Notes under the pieces: generated by a model
The model's database searches: none
The model's input: the letters and a program-made list of their open reading frames with translations, nothing else
What the model was told of the DNA's origin: nothing
Shown: positions 22,901 through 31,929 of the stretch, in pieces
How the letters are laid out: each line of letters starts with the position of its first letter
Position numbering within the stretch: position 1 is the first letter of the stretch
Made by a program: the position numbers and the translations under genes
Assembly (NCBI GenBank): GCA_943787795.1
Contig: CALSNU010000004.1
Coordinates: 160,001-224,000, forward strand
From: an uncultured bacterium
Lineage (GTDB): Bacteria > Planctomycetota > UBA1135 > GCA-002686595
Direction: 5' to 3'
Length of the DNA: 64,000 nucleotides

Positions 22901-23028
22901 ACGCCGCGGCGCTCATCGCCATCGGCTCGTCGCCCGCCCCTACCGACCTCGCGCCCGCCGAGCTGGCGGCGTGGACCTCCGTGGCCCGCGTGGCCCTCAA
23001 CCTCCACGAGGCGATCGTCAGGGAATGA
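19996..23028 (+). CDS. Planctomycete cytochrome c / DUF1549 / DUF1553 protein
   Basis: Signal peptide, CFPCHGPD and CAECHDHKFDP haem motifs, ARVLVNRVW, PTHPELLD, SNTPLAALALLND. Confidence 0.9.
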   Translation: MPFVTSLLAALTLSVAAPSDEPVSFSRQVRPLLADRCFPCHGPDAGTREADLRLDRRPSAIADRDGFRTIDTAAPEDSELLLRVRDDLDPMPPGPEHAPLAEAEIMLLERWIREGATYDEHWAYQPRGLAEPPALDETSPQADWIQGDIDRWILHGLDGAGLAPAPRAEARSLVRRVSFDLLGLPPTQAQVEAFARKPDQDAFEALVDELLASPHHAERLTTFWFDLVRFADTTGIHADNRWNITPYRDWVIEAFASNMPFDQFTVEQIAGDLLPDASRSQRVAAAYNRLNLITREGGSQPKEFLARYTADRVRNVTEVWLASTVGCAECHDHKFDPFSAKEFYELGAFFADIEQVGVYLSGNNTFPPELEVPSADQERRMGELTSALAAVEAALAAQTPELAADRAAFIDELAESTWVTPAELEVRSAAGRTFEGDAAGAWRSRPDGDDKDTFTARFPTPAAPVRSIRLELLADDALPNQGPGLASNGNLVLTELTVRVDGEAVPIAAARASFEQPGYPVAKAHDGELGRGGWAVMRAQGGAPAEAIFDLARPLGGPGAGVVEVELAQVHGGRHLLGRWRLSVGTEVDSPALAPRLRTLLALAEGDRPEGTAEETEAELDHLHRAHCALLADDREEKARLEGEIMALQGQIPLVMETRAVDPMVTRVLARGDWMDETGEVVQPGVPAALGVIAVEGRRPTRLDLARWLVNGENPLVARVLVNRVWRLFMGRGIVETLDDFGVQGTSPTHPELLDHLATRLVDSGWDLRALIRDIVTSSAYQQTSAVPDPSVAREEQFGLQLRHRLDAEFIRDGALAASGLLQRDVGGPSVRPYQPVGYWSHLNFPRRTYRPSEGNALHRRALYGHWQRQFVHPSLAAFDAPSRERCTSERPRSNTPLAALALLNDPIFVEAARALAQEALTDPAEEDAERLTALWERVLQRAPEASEWEVLLELLAGQRATFAENPEDAAALIAIGSSPAPTDLAPAELAAWTSVARVALNLHEAIVRE

Positions 23029-24437
23029 GACCGCTCCTCCATCCAGGCCTGATGAACGCGCTCTCCCGCAGGACGTTCCTCACCGGCGCGGCCGCAGGGC
23101 TCGGGCAGGCCGCCCTGGCCTCGTTGAGCGCCGGGACCCAGCAGGGCGCCGGTTCGATCCGGCTCCCGGGCCTCCCCCGGGCCAAGCGGGTCATCCACCT
23201 CTACATGGCGGGCGGCCCCAGTCACCTGGAGACGTTCGACGAGAAGCCCGAGCTCGCCAAGCTCGACGGCGAGCCCATGCCGGAGTCCTACACCGGCGGC
23301 CAGCAGCTGGCGCAGCTCCAGGGGCGCGCGCTCAGGTGCCTCGGCCCGCGCTTCCCCTTCCAGGCCTTCGGGGAGAGCGGCCTCCGCATCTGCGAGAAGT
23401 TCCCGCGCCTCGGCGGCGTGATCGACGAGTTCTGCATCCTGAACTCGCTCGAGACCGACCAGATCAACCACGACCCCGCGCACACCCTCTTCAACACCGG
23501 GACAACGCTGCCCGGGCGGCCCTCCATGGGCTCATGGATCCACTACGGGCTGGGCTCCATGAACGAGAACCTGCCCGCCTTCGTGGTGCTCAGCTCCATC
23601 GGTAAGGGCGGCCAGTCCCAGCCCATCGCCGCCCGCCAGTGGCACTCGGGCTTCCTGCCCTCCCGCTTCCAGGGAGTCGAGCTCCGCTCCGTCGGCGACC
23701 CGGTCCTCTACGTACAGAACCCGGCGGGGGTCGACCGGGCCGGGCAGGGCGACGTGGTGGAGGCGATTGCGAAGCTGAACGGCGCGCGCGCCGCGCGGAG
23801 CGGCGACCCCGAGGCGGCGGCCCGCACGGCCCAGTACGAGCTCGCCTTCCGCATGCAAGCCGCGGTCCCCGAGCTCGTGGACCTCTCCGGCGAACCCCAG
23901 GAGGTGCTCGACCTGTACGGCACCGAGGGCCGCGACGGGTCCTACGCCAGCAACTGCCTCATGGCCCGCCGCATGGCTGAGCGGGGCGTGCGGTTCATCC
24001 AGGTGTACCACCGGGGCTGGGATCACCACGGCGGCGTGCAGCGCTCCATGGAGATCACCGCCCGCGAGGTGGACCAGGCGAGCGCCGCGCTCGTCACCGA
24101 CCTCAAGCGGCGCGGCCTGCTGGAGGACACGCTGATCCTCTTCGGCGGTGAGTTCGGCCGCACCCCCATGGGCCAGGGCGACGGCAGGGACCACCACATC
24201 CGCGGCTTCTCCTACCTCATGGCCGGCGCCGGCATCCCCGGGGGCCGCCGCTACGGAGCGACCGATCCCCTCGGCTACGCCGCCGTGGAGGACGTCGTCC
24301 ACGTCCGCGACCTCCACGCCACGGTGCTGCACTTGCTCGGCCTGGACCATGAGCGGCTCAGCTACGACTTCCGCGGCCTCGACCTGCGCCTGACGAGCGT
24401 GGAGCCCGCCCGCGTCCTCCACGACGTCATCAGCTGA
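23025..24437 (+). CDS. DUF1501 family protein (Tat-like N-terminus)
   Basis: SRRTFL, AKRVIHLYMAGGPSHLETFD, GEFGRTP, GRDHH, HVRDLHAT. ATGA overlap with the previous gene. Confidence 0.9.
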   Translation: MRPLLHPGLMNALSRRTFLTGAAAGLGQAALASLSAGTQQGAGSIRLPGLPRAKRVIHLYMAGGPSHLETFDEKPELAKLDGEPMPESYTGGQQLAQLQGRALRCLGPRFPFQAFGESGLRICEKFPRLGGVIDEFCILNSLETDQINHDPAHTLFNTGTTLPGRPSMGSWIHYGLGSMNENLPAFVVLSSIGKGGQSQPIAARQWHSGFLPSRFQGVELRSVGDPVLYVQNPAGVDRAGQGDVVEAIAKLNGARAARSGDPEAAARTAQYELAFRMQAAVPELVDLSGEPQEVLDLYGTEGRDGSYASNCLMARRMAERGVRFIQVYHRGWDHHGGVQRSMEITAREVDQASAALVTDLKRRGLLEDTLILFGGEFGRTPMGQGDGRDHHIRGFSYLMAGAGIPGGRRYGATDPLGYAAVEDVVHVRDLHATVLHLLGLDHERLSYDFRGLDLRLTSVEPARVLHDVIS

Positions 24438-24564
24438 GGCGGCCTCCCGTAGGGGTCCACCGTCGGGGCGCCACAGGGAAGCCAAAAGACGAATCCTCAG
24501 GGATCGACCCCAGGCGCTAGCTTGTGGGCTCCCACACGGCCCCGAGGATCCCTTCCCACCATCG

Positions 24565-26241
24565 ATGAAGCTCCCCATCTCCCTCGCCTCGACCCTCCTG
24601 CTCGCCTCCTGCCAGTTCGGGGCCGGGACCCTCGAGGCCCCCGTCTCCGACCACCTCGACGTGGACGCCCCGAGGGCGCAGCGGTTCGAGGAGATCGGCG
24701 CCTATCGCCGACCGGTGACAACCTCCTCTGACGAGGCCCAGCGGTACTTCGACCAGGGGCTCGCGTGGATGTACAGCTTCAACCATGACGAGGCGATCCG
24801 CTCATTCGCCAAGGCGGCCGAGCTCGACCCGGACTGCGCCATGGCCTGGTGGGGCATCTCGATCTGCGAGGGGCCGAACTACAACGATCCGGTCATGACC
24901 GACGAACGCTCGGGCGCCGCGTGGTCCGCGCTGAAGGAGGCCGAGGCCCGCGTGGATCACACGAGCCCCGTGGAGCGCGGTCTGATCGAGGCGCTCGCCG
25001 CGCGCTACACGTTCCCCTGGCCCGAGGATCGGACGGCACTCAACGAGGCGTACGCCGCGGCCATGGAGGCGCTCCTCGCCCGGTTCCCCGACGACCCCGA
25101 GGTCGGGACGCTGTACGGCGAGTCGCTCATGGTCCTGCGGCCCTGGCAGCTCTACACCATCGACCGCTTGCCCGAGGCGGACACCGCCAAGATCACCGCT
25201 TCTCTCGAGGCCGTGCTGGAGAAGCACCCGAACAACCCGGGCGCGAACCACCTCTACATTCACGCCATCGAGCCGAGTCTCGAGCCAGAGCGAGCGCTCG
25301 CCGCGGCGGACCGCCTGCGTAACCAGATCCCGGTCTCGGGACACATGAACCACATGCCGTCGCACATCTACGTGCAGACCGGCGACTGGGACAAGTCGAT
25401 CGTCCAGAACCGGGCGGCCATGCGCCGAGACATCATCTACCTGGAGCGCTCCCCCGAGCAGGGCATCCAGCACATGTACATCGTCCACAACGCGCACATG
25501 CTCGCGTACTCAGCGATGATGGTCGGCCAGGAGACCGAAGCCATGGAGGCGGCGCGGTCCATGCTCCCAGGCGTACCGGAGCAGATGCTCCCGGCGGTCG
25601 CGGACTTCGTGGACCTCTGGATGAGCTCGGTCTACGACGTGCAGAAGCGCTTCGGACGCTGGGACGCGATCCTCGCCGAGCCCGCGCCCCCCGAGGCCCT
25701 GCCGATCACCACGGCGATCTGGCGCGCACACCGGGCCATCGCCTTCGCGGCCAAGCAAGAGTTCGATGACGCGGAGGCTGAATACGAGCGCTTCAAGACC
25801 GCCCGCGACGCGGTCCCCGAGGACAAGATGTCTGGCTCTGACGCGGCCCGTCGGATCCTCGAGGTCAGCGACCACTTCATCCGCGGCGAGATCGCACTGC
25901 AGCGCGGCCAGTGGGATCGCGCGATCGCCGCGCTCGAGCAGGCCGTGGAGGTCGAGGACTCCCTCAGCTACGGCGAGCCTCCCCAGTGGCTCCAGCCCAC
26001 CCGCCACACCCTCGGCGCCGTCCTCCTGAAGGCGGGCCGACCGGCCGACGCCGAGGCCGTCTACCTGGAGGACCTAGAGCGGTGGCCTGGGAACGGCTGG
26101 TCGCTCCAGGGGCTCTCCCGCTCCCTGCGCGCGCAGGGCAAGCTCGACGCCGCCGCCGCGGCGGAGGCGCGGTACGAGGAGGCCTGGAAGGGCGCAGACC
26201 GCCCGGTGACGTCCAGCTGCCTCTGTCTCCCGGACGCCTGA
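24565..26241 (+). CDS. TPR-containing lipoprotein
   Basis: Lipobox LASC, helical TPR-like repeats, motifs FNHDEA, NPGANHLYIH, HMPSHIY, PGNGWSL. Confidence 0.8.
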   Translation: MKLPISLASTLLLASCQFGAGTLEAPVSDHLDVDAPRAQRFEEIGAYRRPVTTSSDEAQRYFDQGLAWMYSFNHDEAIRSFAKAAELDPDCAMAWWGISICEGPNYNDPVMTDERSGAAWSALKEAEARVDHTSPVERGLIEALAARYTFPWPEDRTALNEAYAAAMEALLARFPDDPEVGTLYGESLMVLRPWQLYTIDRLPEADTAKITASLEAVLEKHPNNPGANHLYIHAIEPSLEPERALAAADRLRNQIPVSGHMNHMPSHIYVQTGDWDKSIVQNRAAMRRDIIYLERSPEQGIQHMYIVHNAHMLAYSAMMVGQETEAMEAARSMLPGVPEQMLPAVADFVDLWMSSVYDVQKRFGRWDAILAEPAPPEALPITTAIWRAHRAIAFAAKQEFDDAEAEYERFKTARDAVPEDKMSGSDAARRILEVSDHFIRGEIALQRGQWDRAIAALEQAVEVEDSLSYGEPPQWLQPTRHTLGAVLLKAGRPADAEAVYLEDLERWPGNGWSLQGLSRSLRAQGKLDAAAAAEARYEEAWKGADRPVTSSCLCLPDA

Positions 26242-26969
26242 TGCGCGCGATCTGGTCCGCCATCTCCGTCGCAGCCCTCGCCAGCTGCCAGTTCGGCGCT
26301 CGCCCGGCGCTCCCGCTTCCTCCCCCCCCCGTGATCCCGGAGGGAGAGGACCCCACGCGGTGGTCTGCGGCCCTCGAGGCGTTCGATCAGGAGGCGGTGG
26401 ACCTGGACCGCCCCGTGGTCTTTGTAGGGAGCTCGAGCATTCGCCTCTGGTCGACCCTGGAGGACGACATGGCCCCGGTGCCCGTGCTCAACCGGGGCTA
26501 CGGCGGCTCGAAGATCTTCGACACGATCTACTGGGCGGATCGGCTCGTCGCCCGACACGACCCGACGGTGATCGTGGCGTTCACCGGGACCAACGACATC
26601 AAGGGTGACTCTCCCCGAACCGCAGAGTGGGTCGCCGACCGCTTCGATGAGCTTGTGGCGAGGTTCCGCGCGCTCGGGTGTGACGCGCCCCTCGTCTACA
26701 TCGCCATCAGCCCCACACCGAGCCGCGCCGAGCACCTCGCCGTCGTGCTCGAGACGAACCGCATGATCCGCGAGCGTTGTTCGCTGGATGACGATCTTCA
26801 CTTCGTGGACACCGCGAGTCCGCTGCTCGACGCCGAAGGCCAGCCTGACCCAAGCTGGTTCGTGAAGGACCGGCTGCACCTGAACGCGGAGGGCTACGCC
26901 GCGTGGACGGCAGAGATTGGTCCCGTCGTTCACCGCCTCGACACGGTCGAGCGAGTCGGCGGGCGGTAG
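26241..26969 (+). CDS. GDSL/SGNH hydrolase lipoprotein
   Basis: FVGSSSIRLW, NRGYGGS, GTNDI, DRLHLN. TGATG overlap with the previous gene. Confidence 0.88.
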   Translation: MRAIWSAISVAALASCQFGARPALPLPPPPVIPEGEDPTRWSAALEAFDQEAVDLDRPVVFVGSSSIRLWSTLEDDMAPVPVLNRGYGGSKIFDTIYWADRLVARHDPTVIVAFTGTNDIKGDSPRTAEWVADRFDELVARFRALGCDAPLVYIAISPTPSRAEHLAVVLETNRMIRERCSLDDDLHFVDTASPLLDAEGQPDPSWFVKDRLHLNAEGYAAWTAEIGPVVHRLDTVERVGGR

Positions 26970-26974
26970 GGATC

Positions 26975-27154
26975 CTGGCGGCAGAGAACCCAGCGGAAGA
27001 GAACCCAGCGGCAGAGAACCCAGCGGCAGAGAACCCAGCGGCAGAGAACCCAGGGGCAGGTACCCCAGCGGCAGAGCCACTAGCCGCAGAGCCCCTAGCG
27101 GCAGAGCTCCTTGCGGCAGAATTCCTAGCGGCAGAATTCCTAGCGGCAGAGCGC
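26975..27154. repeat. 15-bp tandem repeat, 12 copies (CYAGCGGCAGAGAAC consensus)
   Basis: Counted 12 units between two convergent genes. No unique spacers. Confidence 0.92.
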
Positions 27155-27802
27155 GGGGGGGACCTCGAGGACGGCGGGTGGGCGTCACCGCGGAAGAGCC
27201 GATCGGTCGCCGAGACGGGGATGATCTGGAGTCCGGTGAATTCTCCGAAGGCTGGAAGAACCATGCCGTCCGCCCGCGCCCAGAAGACCGGGAGGCGAGC
27301 GCTGTCCGCGCGGTCCACGAGCCGCACCCCGGGGTGGACGTGCCCCGCGACGAACGGCCCCTCCCCCCCCGGGTGGTGTCGATAGATCAACCCTCCAGAG
27401 GCCAGTGGCTCCGCGACGGAGACGAGGTCCAGCCGCTCGATGAGGTCGGCGGCGTGGCGATCGTGATTGCCCCGCACGAGGGTCACCTCGACCTCCCCGC
27501 TGCGCCGCGAGCCAACCGCTGAAGGTCCGAGCCGTCGGGCTCTCGAGCTCGATCTCATCGTGGAAGAGGTCCCCCAGCAGCGTCAGTCGGCGCGCGCCCA
27601 GCCGGGACACCAGGGCGTCGATGCGCTCCAGCTCACGGCGGGTCGTCCCGGATGGCATGGGCCGCCCCGCCCGCCTGAACGCCGCGGCCTTGCCGATATG
27701 GACATCGGCCAGCAGCAGCTCCCTCTCCTCGGGTCGGAAGGCGGCGCGCTCGGGGCAGAGCACCAGCGCGCGCCCCCCCAGCTGGATCTCGAGGTCGGTC
27801 AC
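27140..27802 (-). pseudogene. pdeM: Ligase-associated DNA damage response metallophosphoesterase PdeM/MPE, frameshifted in this assembly
   Basis: ADVHIGKA and LLGDLFH in one frame; LVRGNHD, RHHP, AGHVHP, LPAFGEFTG in another. Shifts near 27505 and 27176-27193. Confidence 0.8.
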
Positions 27803-30319
27803 GCCGTGCTCATCCCGCGCCCCGCGGACGCCGGACGCACCGCCGACGCCTCGCGCCTGCAGCTGATCCGCCATCTGCCTCACCCGGTCCTCCCAGGACT
27901 CCGAGGAGACGCGCTCCCGGACGCGCTCCGCCCAGAGGGGGAAGCCCAGCGGCGTGAGCGCTCCCGGCCGCTCGACGCAGATTCGCCGCTCCCGCAGCTT
28001 CTCCAGTCCTGCCCGCAGGCGGGAGAACTCCAGGGTGCGCTCCATGACCTCGCGGCGCGCTTGCTCGAGCAACAGGTTCCCCGGGTCGTGCTCGGTGAGG
28101 ACATCGAAGACGAGTCCTGCGGAGGCCTGGAGCTGCCGCTGGCCCTTCCGCGCGCCGGGCAGCCCTTGCTGAACCAGCCCGGCCACCCGCGCGATCTCGC
28201 GGAAGTGCCGCCGCGCGAGGCCCGAGCCATCGAGGCAAGCGAGCAGATCCTCCAGGAGCCCGTCGGGCGTGAGCAGCGCCGCCCACTCGTCGTCCTCCAC
28301 CGGAAGCTGGGTGCGCGTGACGAGCTCCAGTCCCCAGTCGTTCACCGACTGGGTCACGGTGACCTTCGCCGCGCGCGTCGCCCGCCACGCCAGGAGCGCG
28401 GCGAGCCCCTCGTGCACGAGGCGTCCCTCCAGCGGGAACAGGAAGGCGTGATCCCCATCCCGGGTCCGCACCCGCTCGATGAGCAGCTCGTCTGGCTCGG
28501 GGATGCGTGACACCGCGGCCTGGCGTGCGAAGAGCGGCGCCACTCCGTCCAGCTCAGGAGCCCCGGAGGACTCTCCTGTACTGAGGGTCTCCTTCACCGA
28601 CGACATGGCCCGGCGCACGGCCTGCGCCAGCTCGCTCGAGAGCGGCATGCGACCGCCGAACCACCGCGGCACCAGGGTCGCCGGGTTGGAGGCCACCTTC
28701 ACGATCGCCGCGGCGTCCTCGACCTTGACCAGCTCGAGGGAGCGCCCGGAGAAGGTGAACGCGTCCCCGGGGCGGAGGCGGGAGACGAAGACCTCCTCGA
28801 TGGTCCCCAGTCGACGGCCACCGCGGAACTTCACGTCGAGGCTGCCGTAGCCGACGATGGTGCCGATGTTGAGCCGGTGGTCGCGCGCGATCCGTCGGGA
28901 GGCGATGACCAGCTTGCCCCCTTTGCCCTCGACCACCCGGGCGAAGCGCTCGTACCCGGCGAGGGTCTCGCCCCCGAAGCGGGTGAAGTCGAGCGCCCAG
29001 GCCCACTCCTTGTCCGAGAGGTCCCGGAAGGCGCGCGTCGTTCGCACCTCCTGGAGGAGCTCTTCCGGATCGAAGCCGCCCCCCACGGCCACGGTCACGA
29101 TGTGCTGGGCGAGCACGTCGAGGGGACGCTGGAGGGCGGTCCGCGGCTCGGACTCACCTCGCTCAAGCGCCTCCCGGGCGGCGGCAAACTCGACCAGCTC
29201 GAGGGCGTGGGTCGGGACGCACAGGAGGCGGCTCCCCAGCCCCGGAGCGTGCCCCGAGCGGCCCGCGCGCTGGGCGAGGCGCGCGACCCCCTTGGGGCTG
29301 CCCACCTGCACCACGAGGTCCACCGGCGAGAAGTCCACGCCGAGGTCCAGGGAGGAGGTGGCCACGACGGCGCGATAGCGACCGTCGGCGAGCCCAGCCT
29401 CCACCTCGGCCCGCTGCTCCCGGTCGAGCGAGCCGTGGTGCAGGGCGATCCGGTCTCGCTCGTCATAGCGCGCGTAGCAGAGCCCCTGGTACCAGCGCTC
29501 CGCCTGGGCCCGAGTGTTCGTGAAGACCAGCGCCGTCTGTGCCGTGTCCAGGGCCGCGGCGACCTCGTCGAGCAGACGCAGCCCCATGTGCCCGGACCAC
29601 GGAAAGCACTCGATCTCACGGGGCACCACCGACCGCACCTCGAGCGTCCGGCGCCGGTCGCTCTCCACCAGCACGCCTCCGCCCAGACCAGGACCAGCGC
29701 CGAGAAGAGACTCCATCGCCTCCGGCAGGTTCCCGAGGGTCGCCGAGAGGCCCCAGGTGCGGAGGCCTGGTGCGAGGCGCCGGAGCCGCGCCAGCCCCAG
29801 CTCCGTCTGGACCCCTCGCTTGGTCCCGAAGAGCTCATGCCATTCGTCAACCACCACGCACTGCAGGTGGGCGAAGCGCTCCGCGGCGTCCTCCCGGCTC
29901 AGCAGCACCGACAAGGACTCCGGCGTGGTCACCAGCGCGGTCGGCAGGCGGCGCCCCTGGCGGCCTCGGTCCGTGCTGCTCGTGTCCCCTGTGCGCCCCT
30001 CCACCAACCACCCAGGCGCGACCTCCCCCGTCACCTCGCGGAGGTTCTTCACGAGGTCCTGGGCGAGGGCCCGCATGGGGGTGATCCACAGGACCGCCAG
30101 CGGCGGCGCGTCCGCCCTCCTTGCGGGGGCCGTGCTCGCGCCGCGCGCCCCCGCACCCTCGATCACGGGCCCGAGCCAGGCGGCCAGGGTCTTGCCGAAG
30201 CCGGTGGCCACGTGCACCAGCCCGCTCTCCCCCGCGAGGTAGCGGCGCCAGACCTCCCGCTGGAACGGGAACGGGGCCCAGCCGCGCCCCTCGAACCAGC
30301 GCTCCACGGGCTCGATCAC
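27799..30319 (-). CDS. Ligase-associated DEXH-box helicase (Lhr-Core)
   Basis: ATGFGKT, TTPESL, VVDEWHEL, GLSAT, HHGSL, ATSSLDLGVDF, QRAGRSGH. The 3' end (27799) is inferred after removing one base near 27856. Confidence 0.9.
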
Positions 30320-31929
30320 GACGGCTCCCCCATCAGCGCCTGGACCGACTCCAGCGTGTCAGCCTCAGAGGCCGCCTTGTCTTCACGCCACCGGACGATG
30401 CGAGGGAAGCGGAGAGAGAGGCCGGCCTTGTGCCGCGTGCTGGGCTGGATCCCCTCGAAGGCGATCTCGAAGACGAGCTCCGGCTCGACCACGCGCACGG
30501 GTCCAAACCGGTCAATGATGTGGCGGCGGACGAAGGCGTCCACGCGCCGGATCTCCTTGTCCGTCAGCCCCGAATAGGCCTTCGCCACGGGGACGAGCTC
30601 CCCAGCGCTCCAGACCGCGAGGGTGTAGTCCGTGTAGAGCGAGGCGCGCCGGCCGTGCCCTCGCTGCGCGTAGACCAGCACCACGTCGAGGGTGAACGGA
30701 TCCACCTTCCACTTCCACCAGTCGCCCCGCGGGCGCCCGGCGCGGTATGGGGCGTCGAGGCGCTTGAGCATCAGCCCCTCCACGCCTCGCTCCCTCGCCG
30801 TCGCGCGGGCGTCCGCCAGGGCCGCCCAGGTGCTCGCCTCGACCACCTCTGCCACGACGATCCGCGGCAGCGAAGCTCGCCGCACGAGGGCCTCCAGCCG
30901 GCGCCGCCGCTCCGACGTGCCGAGCTGACGAAGATCCTCTCCACCCTCCTCCAGGAGGTCGTAGGCCATGAGACGAACAGGGACCTCCTCTCGGAGCTTC
31001 TTGCCCACCGACTTGCGCTGGATCCGCCGCTGCAGCTGGTGGAAACCCATGGGCCGGTCTCGGTCCCAGGCCAGCAGCTCGCCGTCGAGCACCGTCCCCG
31101 AGGGCAGCTCCCCGAGCTCTCCGACGATCTCGGGGAACCCACCGTTCACGAGGTCGCCCCCGCGCGACCACAGGACCGCCTCCGCGCCCCGGCGAACAGC
31201 CTGTGCGCGGATGCCGTCCCACTTCCACTCGGCCTGGAAGTCCGCTGCGGCGCCGAGGTCCTCGACCTCGGGTGGGACGGCGTGGGCCAGGAAGAAGGGA
31301 TAGGGCCGCAGGGGGTCACCCCCCTCGTCCTCCGACATGAGCGCCTCCCACGCCTCTGCCGTCGGCTCCCATCGCCCGGCTAGCCGGTGCATCATCGTGG
31401 CTCGGTCCACGCCCGCGACCTTCGCCAACGCCCGCGCCACGAGCCCGCCCGCCACACCGACACGGAAGCCGCCAGAGATGAGCTTGTGGAAGAGGAAGCG
31501 CTCGCCCGCGTCCAGCGCCCCCCATGTCCCCAGGACCAGCGTGCGCTGGGCCTCGGGCTCAAGCCCCGCGAGCCCGAAGACGCGCTGCTCGATGAACTCC
31601 CCCAGCCCCTCGACCTCGGCCTCCTCTGTACCGTTGCCGCTTCCGCGTCCGCCGCCGGGGACCAGCAGCGCGATCGTCTCGGCCAGGTCGCCCACCGCGT
31701 CGTAGCTCTCCTCCACCAGCCAGAGCGGGAGCCCGCTCTCCTCGGCGGCCCACTCTCGCAGGTGCCTCGTGTTGACGGTCCGCCGCCCCCGCCGCCCGAG
31801 CAACAGGTGCGCGGCCCACGCCGCGTCCGCCGCAGGAGCCGTCTCGAAGTACGCCACCAGCGCGGACTCCTTGCGCGACGTCCGTGAGGTGGCGTCGAGC
31901 TCGCGGTACAGCCCATGAAACCGCCTCAT
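30316..31929 (-). CDS. ATP-dependent DNA ligase
   Basis: EWKWDGIR (adenylation lysine), LDGEL, EGLMLK, WWKWK, LRFPRI. Confidence 0.95.
   Translation of the reverse strand: MRRFHGLYRELDATSRTSRKESALVAYFETAPAADAAWAAHLLLGRRGRRTVNTRHLREWAAEESGLPLWLVEESYDAVGDLAETIALLVPGGGRGSGNGTEEAEVEGLGEFIEQRVFGLAGLEPEAQRTLVLGTWGALDAGERFLFHKLISGGFRVGVAGGLVARALAKVAGVDRATMMHRLAGRWEPTAEAWEALMSEDEGGDPLRPYPFFLAHAVPPEVEDLGAAADFQAEWKWDGIRAQAVRRGAEAVLWSRGGDLVNGGFPEIVGELGELPSGTVLDGELLAWDRDRPMGFHQLQRRIQRKSVGKKLREEVPVRLMAYDLLEEGGEDLRQLGTSERRRRLEALVRRASLPRIVVAEVVEASTWAALADARATARERGVEGLMLKRLDAPYRAGRPRGDWWKWKVDPFTLDVVLVYAQRGHGRRASLYTDYTLAVWSAGELVPVAKAYSGLTDKEIRRVDAFVRRHIIDRFGPVRVVEPELVFEIAFEGIQPSTRHKAGLSLRFPRIVRWREDKAASEADTLESVQALMGEPS

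Noticed and set aside
26975..27154. Possible CRISPR array (also considered for 17547-17648 and 39633-39834)
   Set aside because: Units are contiguous 15-18 bp repeats with no unique spacers, and there are no cas genes in the window.
27185..30319. 1044-aa ORF as a genuine Lhr-PdeM fusion protein
   Set aside because: It contains only half of PdeM and then nonsense sequence. One base removal restores a normal GTGA stop/start overlap.
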